Origin: an uncultured Actinomycetes bacterium
GTDB lineage: Bacteria; Actinomycetota; Acidimicrobiia; IMCC26256; DASPTH01
NCBI GenBank assembly: GCA_963721435.1
Contig: CAVRJC010000012.1
Coordinates: 119,154-183,153, forward strand
Reading direction: 5' to 3'
DNA: 64,000 bases
Part shown: positions 48,049 through 59,200 of the stretch, piece after piece
How positions within the stretch are numbered: position 1 is the stretch's first letter
How the letters are laid out: each line of letters opens with the position of its first letter
Program-made: the position numbers and the translations under genes
The notes under the pieces: model-generated
What the model saw: only the letters and a program-made list of their open reading frames with translations
What the model was told of the DNA's origin: nothing
The model's database searches: none

Positions 48049-49051
48049 TCAGGTCGGGCCGCCGCTTGCCATGACGCGCTCGAGCGCCTCGAGCTCGGCG
48101 GGCGTCCCGATGGCGATGAGCACCTGCCCCGCGTTGATGGTCGTGTCCGGGGACGGGTTCGTGTTGAAGCTGCCGTCCTGCTCACGGAGAGCCAGCACGA
48201 GAGCACCGGTGCGATCCCGCAAGTGCGCATCGCGAATGCTCTGGCCGACGATCGACGCTTCCGAGGGCACGAGCACCTCCTCGAGCCGAAACTGAATGCC
48301 ACGATCGTGCATGACGACGTCGAGGAACTCGGTGACGTGGGGCTGCAGCACGAACGCGGCGATCCGTGCGCCGCCGATGCTCTGCGGGTTGACCACTCGG
48401 TCGGCACCGGCGCGGCGCAGCTTCTCCTCGGTCTCCTCGAGCCGCGCCCGCGCAACGATGAACAGATCCGGGCGCATCGATCGAGCGCTGAGCGTCACGA
48501 ACAGGTTGCCGGCGTCGCTGTCGAGCGCCGCGACCAGCGCACGAGCGCGGAGCAGGCCTGCCTGCACGAGCACCTGGTCTTCGGTGGCATCGCCGACGAG
48601 AGCAGGCAACGATGTCAGCGCGACGCGCGCCGGGTCGACGTCGACGATCACGAGTTCGGAGCCCGCGGCGCTGAGCTCCTCGGCAATCGCGCGTCCGACG
48701 CGACCCCAGCCGCACACGATGACGTGGCCGTTCATTGCGTCGATCTGTCGGTCCATGCGTCGTCTCCCGAAGAGCTCGCGTATGTGCCCCTCGAACAGCG
48801 TTTCGAGCACCACGCTGAATGTGTACAGCGCGGTACCGACTCCGACGAGGATGAGAATGATCGTGAAGACCTTGCCGGCGTCGTCGAGGGGTCGCACCTC
48901 TCGGAAGCCGACGGTCGCCACCGTCGTGACCGTCTGGTAGACCGCGTCGAGCAACGAGAAACCCGAGAATGACGTAGCCGATGGTGCCGACGACGAAGAC
49001 GCTCGCGAGCATCGCGAGCGCGAGGCGAAGCCTCCGCCAGTCGGTCGTCAC
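48049..49051 (-). CDS. Potassium channel with TrkA-N/TrkA-C (RCK) domains, frameshifted near 48960
   Basis: TVATVGF selectivity filter, VCGWGRVG, GDAT; TM1 is in another frame. Confidence 0.9.
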
Positions 49052-49099
49052 GACCGGGCTACGAATTCCGACGGGGCCGAAGGTGACCCCCGCGTCGAT

Positions 49100-49516
49100 T
49101 CACTCACTGACCTTCCAGATGCCGGGCTCGCTGAGGTCGAAGATCACGCCGTCGGGCCCGGAGAACTTCAACTCGCCTTTGACGTGAACGGTCGTGTCGA
49201 GGCCGAGCGCTTCGTTGATGTCGTGGCGCACGACCGCACCGGACGCGACGACCCGCTTCGTCGCGTCCTCGACGTCGTCGACCTCGAAGCCGATGTGATG
49301 CAGACCTACGTACGACTTCCCGAACTCTGCACCTGCCGCGTCGTCCGTCTCGAACTTCAGGATCGCGAGGTTGATGGTGCCGTCGCTCAGGATGTGCCCG
49401 TGGTAGGTCTTGCCCTGGGCCGTCCGCAGGCGCGTGAAGTCGAACACGTCGACGTAGAACTGCGCGGTCGCGTCAGGGTCGTCGGTGGCAATTGCAAGAT
49501 GGCGGAGCTTGGCCAC
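49100..49516 (-). CDS. VOC/glyoxalase family protein
   Basis: LRHLAI, GLHHIGFEV, GPDGVIFDLS. Confidence 0.88.
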   Translation of the reverse strand: MAKLRHLAIATDDPDATAQFYVDVFDFTRLRTAQGKTYHGHILSDGTINLAILKFETDDAAGAEFGKSYVGLHHIGFEVDDVEDATKRVVASGAVVRHDINEALGLDTTVHVKGELKFSGPDGVIFDLSEPGIWKVSE

Positions 49517-49579
49517 AGGGCCCTCCTCGGTCGGCGCGTGCGCACAGTCTGGCCGCTCGTACGAGAGCCGCACGTTGAC

Positions 49580-50230
49580 CTACCGCGTCGTGCGGGCGAG
49601 GCGGACGTGGACGACCGACGGTGAGCTGACGAGCTCGACGCACTCGTAGCCGTCGGGGCCGCCGTCGAGATGGTCGAAGAGGCGCTCACCGTCGCCCAGC
49701 AAGATGGGCGTGATCGCGAGGTGCAGCTCGTCGATCAAGCCGGCGCGGAGGTACTGCTGGATGGTCGAGACTCCGCCGCCGATCCTGACGTCGTTGCCGT
49801 CGGCTGCCGCGAGCGCGTGCTCGAGCGCGGCCTCGATGCCGTCACTCACGAAGTGGAAGGTCGTGCCGCCCTGCATCGTGATCGGCGCGCGCGGGTGATG
49901 CGTGAGCACGAACACCGGGTGGTGGTAGGGCGGCTCGTCACCCCACCATCCCGTCCACGACTCGTCGGCCCACGGCCCGCGGATCGGGCCGAACATGTTG
50001 CGCCCCATGATGGTCGCGCCCACGCCGACGTCCCCTCGCTCGAGGAACTCGTCGTCGACGCCCTCCTCGCCGCCTGCCATACCGATCATGCGGCGGCCGT
50101 AGCGGGAGGCGAACACCCAGTCGTGGAGCCGCGACCCGCCCTCCCCGATCGGGTGCTCGAGACTCTGCCGTGGTCCCGCGGCGTAGCCGTCGAGCGAGAT
50201 GGCGAAGCTGTGCACGCGTACCTTCGGCAT
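49580..50230 (-). CDS. Dihydrofolate-reductase-like (RibD C-terminal) protein
   Basis: ISLDGY, IMGRNMF, VFVLTH, IGGG, GLIDELHL...LLGDG. Confidence 0.9.
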   Translation of the reverse strand: MPKVRVHSFAISLDGYAAGPRQSLEHPIGEGGSRLHDWVFASRYGRRMIGMAGGEEGVDDEFLERGDVGVGATIMGRNMFGPIRGPWADESWTGWWGDEPPYHHPVFVLTHHPRAPITMQGGTTFHFVSDGIEAALEHALAAADGNDVRIGGGVSTIQQYLRAGLIDELHLAITPILLGDGERLFDHLDGGPDGYECVELVSSPSVVHVRLARTTR

Positions 50231-50373
50231 TGACCTCTCCTGACCGTCCCCGGTGGCGCGTCTCCGGTGGACGCGCTCACCTGCATGTCGGAACCAACCC
50301 GAGACCTTCGACAGCGAACCCGCGACGATTTCATCGGGCGTCGACGGTCCCGAGGTTGGACTACACATACTCC

Positions 50374-50802
50374 ATGGCCAACGAGACGTGGCGGCGACCG
50401 GCGGGCGGGCCCGCGCTGGGGCCGGGGAGTGTCATCCACATCGACGACGCGCTCCCAGCCGAGCGCGTCGAGGGCAGCTCGGCATCACCCATCTCACTGA
50501 CGCCGCTCACGGGCCCGGCGTGCGATCTCACCGTGCTCACCTTCGAACTACCGCCGAACTACGTCGGGAAGGTGCACTGGCACCCCGCCGACACGGTCTA
50601 CGTCGTGCGCCGCGGGCAGTTCACGGTCGCGGGCGAGGGCACGTACGAGGTCGGCGACATCCGGTGGGTGAAGGCCGGTACCGCATATGGCCCCGAAGGC
50701 GCGGGCCCCGAAGGCTGCGAAGTGCTGCTGATCGCCGCGGGATCGTTCCCGCTCCCCACCTTCGACCCCGCCGTCGACCCACCGCCCGACCGAGCCGACT
50801 GA
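50374..50802 (+). CDS. Cupin domain protein, paralog of 8482..8916
   Basis: HWHPADTVYVVRRGQF...GEG...RWV..G..YGPEGAGPEGCE. Confidence 0.75.
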   Translation: MANETWRRPAGGPALGPGSVIHIDDALPAERVEGSSASPISLTPLTGPACDLTVLTFELPPNYVGKVHWHPADTVYVVRRGQFTVAGEGTYEVGDIRWVKAGTAYGPEGAGPEGCEVLLIAAGSFPLPTFDPAVDPPPDRAD

Positions 50803-50815
50803 ACCGACTGGCTCG

Positions 50816-51481
50816 TCAGGTGCGACCGAGGCGCTCGACGTAGGCGCTGAGCGCGTCGACGAGCATGGCGCGCTCGGGGTCGGGCTCCGGGCGCACGACG
50901 GTGCGCTCGACGGGGAGCGCGTCGCTCACTTCGTGGTCGAGTGCGAGCCCGCGGAACGCGGTGAACAGCAGCATCGACAGCCGGTCGAAATCGGGGCCGT
51001 CGGCGATCTCGTCGCCGAGCACCGCGCGCATCAGGCGTGGGAGATGCTTGCCGAACCGCTCGCCCACCTCGCGCAGGCCGTCACGCGTTCGATCCTTCGC
51101 CGTGGGATCGTGACTCAGGTTGAGCATGAGCTGCATGTACGCGAGGAACTCGGGACGGCGGTAGTAGCCCCAGATGATGTCGGCGAGCGACTCGAGCCGC
51201 TCGGTGATGGTGTCGCCTTCGATCTCCGCGTTCGCGAACACCGCGTCGAACTCCGCGGCGCCGTGCTCGTTCACCGCGACCAGCAACTTCTCGCGCGTGC
51301 CGAAGTGGTACTGGATCACTCCCCACGTGACGCCGGCCCGGCGTGCGATCTTGTTCGAGCTCGCACGGTAGAAGCCCTCTTCGAGGATGCACGCGACCGC
51401 GGCTTCGATGACACGCGTGCGCGTCGACGCGTCGACAGGATCCGCGGCGTCGCGCGCGGTGACCCGTGCTGCAGCGGCCAT
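50816..51481 (-). CDS. TetR/AcrR family transcriptional regulator
   Basis: TRTRVIEAA...IARRAGVTWGVIQYHFGTRE HTH. Confidence 0.92.
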   Translation of the reverse strand: MAAAARVTARDAADPVDASTRTRVIEAAVACILEEGFYRASSNKIARRAGVTWGVIQYHFGTREKLLVAVNEHGAAEFDAVFANAEIEGDTITERLESLADIIWGYYRRPEFLAYMQLMLNLSHDPTAKDRTRDGLREVGERFGKHLPRLMRAVLGDEIADGPDFDRLSMLLFTAFRGLALDHEVSDALPVERTVVRPEPDPERAMLVDALSAYVERLGRT

Positions 51482-51490
51482 GGGCGCGAG

Positions 51491-52423
51491 CTACTTGATG
51501 GCGACGGGGTTCACGGGTGAACCGAGCGCGTTGGTGAAGGGTTGTGGTGACGCTTCGAGGAAGAACTCGTACACGCCGTCGGCGGCGCAGTCGTCGGCGA
51601 GGTCCTCCAGCGCCCAGTTCTGCCCCTGGGTCATCCCCATCTCGACGAGGTGGAGCGGGTGCACCGGGAGGATCGCGGTCATGTCCTCACACGGGAACAC
51701 CTCGAACGTGAGGTTGTCGGTGGCCACCGCGGCGACGTCGTGGTCGTGGAACCACATCGCGGAGTCCATGGTGACGCCCGAGCCGCTGTTGTACGCGTCG
51801 ATGTCGTGCTCCGGCGCGCGCAGGTGCCGACCGCTGCCGGTGCGCACGAGCACGATGTCGCCGCTGCGCACCGTCACCTTGCCCAGCTCGCACGCGGCGT
51901 CGAGGTCGTCGCCGTGGATCGGGTAGCCCGCGGGGAGCTCGTCGAGGCCCTGCGACCGCGCGACGTCGAGGAGCACACCACGGCTCGTGAGCGACCGGAT
52001 CTTGTGGATGCCGCACTTCGACGCACCCCACTCGTCGATGCTCGAGATGGGATGGCCGTTCCACATCCGGCCGTCGTAGGTGGCGTGGCCGAGCCCGTCC
52101 CAGTGCGTGCCGGCCTGGAGGCCCATGAAGACGACGTCGTCGCTCGTGCAGAACTGCGACGGGTCGCCGAACACCGCGGTGTTGATCGACACCATCGTGC
52201 GCAGCGGGTTCGCGCGCCCGCGGATCAGCCCGGTCTGGATCCCTTCGAGATCCGAGAGTGGCAGCGCGAGCGAGAACCGCTTGCCCGTGCGCACCAGCGC
52301 CGCGGCGGCGCGGACGACATCGTCGGTGACGAGGTTGATGGTGCCGATCTCGTCGTCGGGACCCCACCGGCCCCAGTTGTTGACCTTCTTGGCGACTTCG
52401 TGAAAGGCATCCGGGTAGCTCAT
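51491..52423 (-). CDS. Cyclase family (kynurenine-formamidase-like) metallohydrolase
   Basis: NNWGRWG.DDEIG, QAGTHWDGLGH, RGVLLD, GDIVLVRTG, NPVAIK. Confidence 0.9.
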   Translation of the reverse strand: MSYPDAFHEVAKKVNNWGRWGPDDEIGTINLVTDDVVRAAAALVRTGKRFSLALPLSDLEGIQTGLIRGRANPLRTMVSINTAVFGDPSQFCTSDDVVFMGLQAGTHWDGLGHATYDGRMWNGHPISSIDEWGASKCGIHKIRSLTSRGVLLDVARSQGLDELPAGYPIHGDDLDAACELGKVTVRSGDIVLVRTGSGRHLRAPEHDIDAYNSGSGVTMDSAMWFHDHDVAAVATDNLTFEVFPCEDMTAILPVHPLHLVEMGMTQGQNWALEDLADDCAADGVYEFFLEASPQPFTNALGSPVNPVAIK

Positions 52424-52481
52424 CGCGCGAATCCTAGATGTGTTGTAGAGACGACCGGCAAGGGCGACCCCGAGTGAATGA

Positions 52482-53693
52482 TCAGGCGAGGCCGGCCTGG
52501 GCGAGGAACGCGTCGAGGGTCTCGCCGATGTAGGCGACGTCGTCGTCGGTGAGACCGTGGTGCGACGGGAGCACCAGACCCTGCTCCATCACGCGGTCGG
52601 CGTTGGGATACCCACCCGGCGCGGCGCGGTGCTCGATCTCCGTGAACGCGGGTTGCCGCAGCACGTTGCCCGTCCACACCATGCGGGTGTCGATGCCGTG
52701 CGACTCCATGTGGTGCTGGAGCTCGGCGCGCCGGATGCCCGACTCCGGACGGATGAGGAACGGGAACATGTGCCAACCCGTCTCGAGCCCCTCGAGCTGG
52801 CGCGGCGGCACGAACACGTCGACGTGACGCGCGAACAGCTCCGACAACAGGGTGAAGTTGCGCTGGCGGCGCGCGAGGAAAGTCGGGAGCTTCTTCAGCT
52901 GCTCCACCCCGAACGCGGCCGAGAGCTCCGACGGCTCGAAGTTCCATCCGACCTCGTCGAAGATGAAGAGGTTGTCGTACTCGAGGCCGTCGACATCGGA
53001 GAAGAACCGCTTGTCACCCTTCTTCGTGCCGTAGAGCTGCACTTCGGAGCGCCGTCCCCACCGCCGCAGCAGGACGCACCGGTCGATCAGCTCGGGGTCG
53101 TCGAGGAGCACCATCCCTCCGGTGCCGGCCGCGGTGATGATGTGGCTCAAGGCGAAGCTCGTGAGGCTGATGTCGGCACGCTTGCCGGTCGGCGTGCCGC
53201 GCAACGTCGCGCCGAGCGCGTCGCACGAGTCTTCGACGACCTGGAGCCCGTGCGCGTCCGCGATCGCACGGATGCGATCCCAGTCGGGGGCGTTGCCGAT
53301 CAGGTTCACGCCGAGGATGGCCTTCGTACGCGGCGTGATCATCGCCTCGATCCCGTCGACGTCCATGTTGAACGTGTCGGGCTCGACGTCGACGAACGCG
53401 GGCACCAACCCGCCGCGCACGAGTGGCGCGACGTCGGTCGAGAACACGATCGCGGGCACGATCACCTCGTCACCCGGCTCGAGGTTCAACAGCTCGATCG
53501 CGAGGTAGAGCGCGCTGGAGCCCGAATTGCACATCACGCCGCGCTGCTTGCCGAAGAGCGCGGCGACGCCCTGCTCGAGCTCGCGGACCTTGCGGCCGAT
53601 ACGCAGCGCGGTCGGCGACCCCTGCAGCACCTCGAGCACCGCGGCGATCTCCGCCTCGTCGTGCACACTCCCCGCGTACTCGATCTTTCTCAC
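52482..53693 (-). CDS. DegT/DnrJ/EryC1/StrS family PLP enzyme, RfbH/ColD-like sugar 3-dehydratase
   Basis: NSGSSA, EDSCDALG, SFALSHIIT (His at the usual Lys position), WGR. Confidence 0.85.
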   Translation of the reverse strand: MRKIEYAGSVHDEAEIAAVLEVLQGSPTALRIGRKVRELEQGVAALFGKQRGVMCNSGSSALYLAIELLNLEPGDEVIVPAIVFSTDVAPLVRGGLVPAFVDVEPDTFNMDVDGIEAMITPRTKAILGVNLIGNAPDWDRIRAIADAHGLQVVEDSCDALGATLRGTPTGKRADISLTSFALSHIITAAGTGGMVLLDDPELIDRCVLLRRWGRRSEVQLYGTKKGDKRFFSDVDGLEYDNLFIFDEVGWNFEPSELSAAFGVEQLKKLPTFLARRQRNFTLLSELFARHVDVFVPPRQLEGLETGWHMFPFLIRPESGIRRAELQHHMESHGIDTRMVWTGNVLRQPAFTEIEHRAAPGGYPNADRVMEQGLVLPSHHGLTDDDVAYIGETLDAFLAQAGLA

Positions 53694-53739
53694 CGCGACA
53701 TCTCCCGGTCTCCGAGCTCGTTGCCGTATCGTCCCCCGG

Positions 53740-54750
53740 ATGAAGCTGGGACTCAACTTCGGCTACTGGGGGCAGGGCCCACGCGAGGGTGTGGTCGACG
53801 AGGCCCGCGCCGCGGAGCGGCTGGGTTTCGACTCGGTGTGGGTGGCGGAGACGTGGGGCAGCGAGGCGTTCGTGTACTCCACCTGGCTCGCCGCGCACAC
53901 GTCGACGATCAAGATCGGGACCGGTATCGCACAGATGGCCACGCGTACCCCGACCGCGACCGCGATGGCGGCATCGACGCTGGATCACCTCTCGGGCGGC
54001 CGCATGATCCTCGGACTGGGAGTGTCGGGCCCGCAGGTCGTCGAGGGCTGGTACGGGCAGCCGTCGAACCGTCCGCTCGCCCGCACGCGCGAGTACGTCG
54101 AAGTCATCCGACGCGCGTTGCGCCGCGACGAGCCGGTCGAGCTCGACGGCGAGCTCTACCAGATCCCGTACCGGGGCGCGGGCAGTCAGGGGCTCGGGAA
54201 GCCACTGCGGCTGATGACGCATCCGTTGCGCACGGACCTGCCGATCGTGCTCGGCGCCGAAGGGCCCAAGAACGTGGCCCAGACCGCGGAGATCGCGGAC
54301 GGCTGGCTGCCGCTGTACTACAGCCCGTTCCGTCAGGAGATCTACGCCGACCAGCTGGTGCACGCGCGCCCCGGCTTCGAGATCTACGCGCCGGTCACGT
54401 TCACGATCGCGGATGACGTCGCCGCCGCGCTCGCGCCCGTGAAGGCGCAACTCACCTTCTACGTGGGTGGCATGGGCGCGCCGGGCAAGAACTTCCACAC
54501 CAACCTGATGGCGCGCCTCGGCTACGCCGAAGACGCCTACGCGGTCCAGGAGCTGTTCCTCGCCGGCAAGCGCGAGGATGCACTGGCCCGCATGCCCGAC
54601 GACTTCGCCGACGAGATCTCACTCGTCGGTCCCCCGTCACGGATCCGCGCACGACTCGACGCCTGGCGCGGGAGCCCCGTCACCACCCTCACCATCGGCA
54701 CTCGCCCACCCGACGAGCTCGAGGCCATCCGCGACCTCGTCATGGAGTGA
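53740..54750 (+). CDS. LLM class F420-dependent oxidoreductase (Rv3520c-like)
   Basis: AETWGSE, LGLGVSGPQVVEGWYG, GAEGPKNV, YVGGMGA. Confidence 0.9.
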   Translation: MKLGLNFGYWGQGPREGVVDEARAAERLGFDSVWVAETWGSEAFVYSTWLAAHTSTIKIGTGIAQMATRTPTATAMAASTLDHLSGGRMILGLGVSGPQVVEGWYGQPSNRPLARTREYVEVIRRALRRDEPVELDGELYQIPYRGAGSQGLGKPLRLMTHPLRTDLPIVLGAEGPKNVAQTAEIADGWLPLYYSPFRQEIYADQLVHARPGFEIYAPVTFTIADDVAAALAPVKAQLTFYVGGMGAPGKNFHTNLMARLGYAEDAYAVQELFLAGKREDALARMPDDFADEISLVGPPSRIRARLDAWRGSPVTTLTIGTRPPDELEAIRDLVME

Positions 54751-54759
54751 CCGAAGGCG

Positions 54760-55539
54760 TCAACGCAGCACGTGGCCGCCGTTGATGCTCCAGACCTGAC
54801 CGTTCACCCATTCGCCGTCGTCCGAGAGCAGGAACGCGGCAGCCGCGGCGATGTCCTCGGGCCGCCCGAAGCGCCGTGACCGCGGCATCGGCCCGAAGCG
54901 CTCGGCGAGACCCGGCTCCATCGCGGCATCACGTGCGATCAGGCCCGGCGCAATCGAGTTGCACCGGATGCCTTCGGTCCCCCAGCGTGACGCGACGTGG
55001 CGCGTGACCGCGGTGAGCGCGGCCTTCGTGGTTGCGTACGCCAACCGGATCGGCTCGCCCACGAACGCGGCGTCGGAGATCGTGTTCACGAGCGCGCCGC
55101 CGCCGCGGGCGAGGATCTGGGGCACCGCGGCCTTGACCACGAGCAGGAAGCCGGTGAGGTTCACGTCGAGCGTCCGCTGCCACACGTCGAGCGGGATCGT
55201 CACCGCGTCGGATTCGCTGTCGCGACCGAGCGTGGCCGGCGACATGTCGGCGGCGCTGGCGTGCACGCCGTCGAGCCCGCCGTAGGTCGTCACCGTGAAG
55301 TCGACGAGGTCCTGTACCGAGCCTTCGTCGGCGATGTCGAAGCCGAACGCCGACGCGGTGCCGCCGCGCTCGGCGATCAACGCGACGGTCGCGGCCGCCG
55401 CCTCGGGGCTCAGGTCACCCACGACCACCCGCGCGCCTTCGTCGGCCAGGCGGATCGCGGTGGCCGCGCCGTTCCCGGGACCCGCCGCGCCGGTGCCGCC
55501 ACCCGCCACCACCATCACCTTGTCTCGGAGCCCTCGCAT
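54760..55539 (-). CDS. SDR family oxidoreductase
   Basis: GGGTG...GNG, YATTK, CNSIAPG, WVNGQ. Confidence 0.9.
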   Translation of the reverse strand: MRGLRDKVMVVAGGGTGAAGPGNGAATAIRLADEGARVVVGDLSPEAAAATVALIAERGGTASAFGFDIADEGSVQDLVDFTVTTYGGLDGVHASAADMSPATLGRDSESDAVTIPLDVWQRTLDVNLTGFLLVVKAAVPQILARGGGALVNTISDAAFVGEPIRLAYATTKAALTAVTRHVASRWGTEGIRCNSIAPGLIARDAAMEPGLAERFGPMPRSRRFGRPEDIAAAAAFLLSDDGEWVNGQVWSINGGHVLR

Positions 55540-55704
55540 CGTCCGTCTCCTCCCGTCAGCAGGCTGGTCGGTTCATGCCGAAGAGGCCCGCACGCGGCCC
55601 TCTCGGCACACTTGTCGCATACATCCACGGCCTTGACGATCCCCGGACCGACCGCTAGAAAGGCGTTTCAGCCGCAAGACCAAACGTGTGGGGGGAAACC
55701 TAAC

Positions 55705-56241
55705 GTGAGGCGTGTTTCTCGCGCACCGCGCGCGAAGGCATTGGCCGTGGCCATCGCGGTTGCAATAGCCGGGTTCACGCTCTCCGCGTGCGGTAACCCC
55801 ACCACCGACGTCAACGGCTGCAGCGGCACCGCGCCCGAGGTCGTGGCCGCGATCAGCGAGAAGCTGCACCCGAACGTGGGCAGGCTGCGGAACACCCACC
55901 AGTTCGCGAAGGGCACGGCCGGGATCACCTTCATCACCGCCGAGCTCCACAACCCCGACAAGGGGAAGGCGCACGAACAACGGCACGACAAGGGTGATCT
56001 CCTGACGTGGTCGACGACCGACGTCAAGGGCGGCCAGTTCAAGTCGGTCGACGAGCACGCGCGCACGGAGTCGTCGTGGCCGGGTGCGCCGTTCGACGTG
56101 CGCAAGAAGGGCGCCTACGAGTCCCGCGCCTGCACCGACATCAGCCGGGGCAAGACGAAGGCGCAGATCAAGTGCGAGCAGGACCAAGTTGACGCCAACG
56201 CGCCGGCGCTGCCGGGCAACAAGGACTGCGGAGACCTATGA
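55705..56241 (+). CDS. Hypothetical lipoprotein
   Basis: Basic N-terminus, hydrophobic stretch, LSAC lipobox, four further Cys; ATGA overlap with the ABC gene. Confidence 0.7.
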   Translation: MRRVSRAPRAKALAVAIAVAIAGFTLSACGNPTTDVNGCSGTAPEVVAAISEKLHPNVGRLRNTHQFAKGTAGITFITAELHNPDKGKAHEQRHDKGDLLTWSTTDVKGGQFKSVDEHARTESSWPGAPFDVRKKGAYESRACTDISRGKTKAQIKCEQDQVDANAPALPGNKDCGDL

Positions 56242-59200
56242 GCAACGGTGGCGCCGTCACGATGGCCCGGAGCGTCTGGGACAACCGCTGGGTCCGGGTC
56301 CCGGTCACGTGGATCGGCACGGCGGTCATCTTCTACTTCGCGGTCCAGGCCATCTGGCCCACTCCCGCGGGTGAGCTCGTCTACGGGATCATCATCGGCT
56401 CGTTCACCGCGCTGCTCGCGTTCGGCCTCGCGCTCATCTACCGCTCGAACCGCGTCATCAACTTCGCGCAGGCCGACCTCGGCGCGGTACCCGCGAGCCT
56501 GTGCGTCGCGCTCGTGGCCGCGGCGCCGCAGGGTCAGGAATGGTCCTACTGGATCGCGCTCCCCCTCGCGCTGATCGGCTCAGTGGTGCTGGGCTCGGTG
56601 ATCGAGCGGGTGATCATCCGCCGGTTCGCCAAGGCGTCGCGCCTGATCCTCATGGTCGTCACCGTCGGGCTCGCGCAGTTCTTCGTGTTCATCGCGGTCG
56701 TGCTGCCGTACTGGCTCGCCGACAACCTGATCGTCCCGGCCCAGACGTTGCCGCAGCCGTTCGACTTCAGCTTCGAGATCCACCCGATCATCTTCCACGC
56801 CAACGACCTCATCGGCGTCATCGTCACGTTGCTCTGCATCGTCGGGCTCTACTCGTTCCTCCGGTTCACGAGCATCGGCATCGCGCTGCGCGCGAGCTCG
56901 GAGAGCGCGGACCGCTCGTCGCTGCTCGGCGTGAACGTCGGCTTCACCCACAACGTCGCGTGGATGATCGCCGCGTTCCTCTCTGCGGTGACGATGATCC
57001 TGCGGGCGGGCACCATCGGGCTCCCGCTCGGGCCCGCGCTCGGGCCGTCGATCCTCGTGAAGGCGCTCGCGGCCGCGGTGATCGGCAAGATGGAGAACTT
57101 CCCGGTGATGTTCGCCGCCGCGTGCGGTATCGGCATCATCGAGGTCTCCGCGCAGTGGAACGACCAGACCGCGCTCGTCGATCCCGCGCTGTTCATCATC
57201 ATCATCGGCACGCTGCTCGTGCAGCGGCGACATCGCGAGTCGCGCGTCGACGACCAGGCCGTCTCGAGCTGGCAGGACTCGACCAACGTCCGCCAGATCC
57301 CCCGCGAGCTCGCGCGGCTCCCCGAGGTGCGCTGGGCGTTCCGGATGCTCCGGCTCGTCGTGGTCGCGGTCGCGATCGCACTGCCGTTCATGCTCGACGA
57401 CCAGCGCACGAACCTCGCAGCCGCGGTGATCATCTACGCGATCATCGCGGTGTCCCTGGTGCTGCTCACCGGCTGGGCGGGTGAGATCAGCCTCGGCCAG
57501 GTTGCATTCGTCGCCATCGGATCCGCGACCGCGGGCGCGTTGAACGTGCACTATCAGTGGGGCGCGATCGAGACCTTCCTCGCCGCGGGCGCGGTGGGCG
57601 CGATCGCGTCGGTGATCATCGGTCTCCCCGCGCTCCGCATCCGCGGCCTCATGCTCGCGGTCACCACGTTGGCCTTCGCGGTCATGACGTCGTCATTCCT
57701 CCTGAACCGAGATCAGAGCTTCCTCGGGATCTCGTTCGACTACCTCCCGGACAACCTGATCGACCGGGTGGAGCGCTATCCCATCTTCGGCATCCACAGC
57801 ATCCTCGGCCAACGGCTCGTCACCGACGGCCCCGACGCGCGGTTGAACGAGACCGGCATGTACTTCGTGTGCCTCATCGGGCTCGGCCTCGTGCTCCTCG
57901 CGGTGCGCGGGCTCCACCGGTGGCGCACCGTGCGCGACCTCATCGCGACGCGCGACAACGAGCGCAACGCGCAGGCGTTCGGGCTCAGCCCGACCAAGGC
58001 GAAGCTGCTCGCCTTCGCGATCGCCGGGTTCTTCGCTTCGTTCGCGGGCGGCATCCTCGCGCTGCACCAGAACGCGGTCGGCCAGGAGATCTTCGCCCCG
58101 ACGCAGAGCATCCGCGCGCTGACCATGGCGGTCGTCGGCGGGCTCGGGTCCGTGCCCGGCGCAGTGCTCGGCGCGATCTTCCTGAAGAGCACCGAGTGGT
58201 TCCAGGGCGCGTTGCCCACCGAGCTGCGCAGCACGTTCCAGTACGCAGGAACCGGCATCGGGCTCATCGTCGTGCTCTGGTTGCTGCCGGGTGGACTCGG
58301 CTCCCTGCTGTACCGGGCCCGCGACGCGTACCTCCGTTCGGTCGCCCGGCGGCGCAACATGGTCGTGCCGTCACTCATCGCCGACGCGTCCGACCCCGAG
58401 GTGCTCACCGGCACCAAGCGTGCCGCGGTGGCGCCGGTCATCAACGAAGACGGTGAAGTCGCCGGCGGCGCGCCGAAGTTCTTCAAGTACTTCGCCAAGC
58501 GCCCGATCCCCGACGTCAACTACTTCAGCTACCCGGACCTCGCGCTGAGCGGCGGGACTCCCAACCTGCTGAGCCTGCGGTCCGTCGACGTCGCGTACGG
58601 CCAGGTGCAGGTGCTGTTCGGTGTCAGCCTCGAGCTGCGCGAAGGCGAGACGATCGCACTGCTCGGCACGAACGGCGCGGGCAAGTCGACGGTGCTGCGC
58701 GCGATCTCCGGGTTGGTGGGCCCGAAGCAGGGCAGCATCAGCCACCTCGGCGTCGACATCAGCGGGCTCGCACCGCACCGGGTCGCCGAGCGCGGCCTCA
58801 TCCAGGTGCCCGGTGGCAAGGGTGTGTTCCCGTCCCTGACCGTCGCGGAGAACCTGCGGGTCGGCGTGTGGATGCACCGACGCGACAAGGTGTGGGTCAA
58901 GGAAGCGACCGCGGAGGTCCTCGAGCTCTTCCCCGGCCTGAAGAGCCGGATGAACGATCCTGCGGCGCAGCTCTCGGGCGGCCAGCAGCAGATGCTCGCG
59001 CTCGCGATGGCGTTCCTCGCCAAGCCGAAGGTGCTGATGATCGACGAGCTCTCGCTCGGCCTCGCGCCACTGGTCGTCGAGCAGCTGCTGAACGTGGTGA
59101 AGGAGTTCAAGGCGCAGGGCATGACCGTCGTACTGGTCGAGCAGTCGGTCAACGTCGCGCTGACCGCGGCCACCAAGGCGTTCTTCATGGAGAAGGGCGC

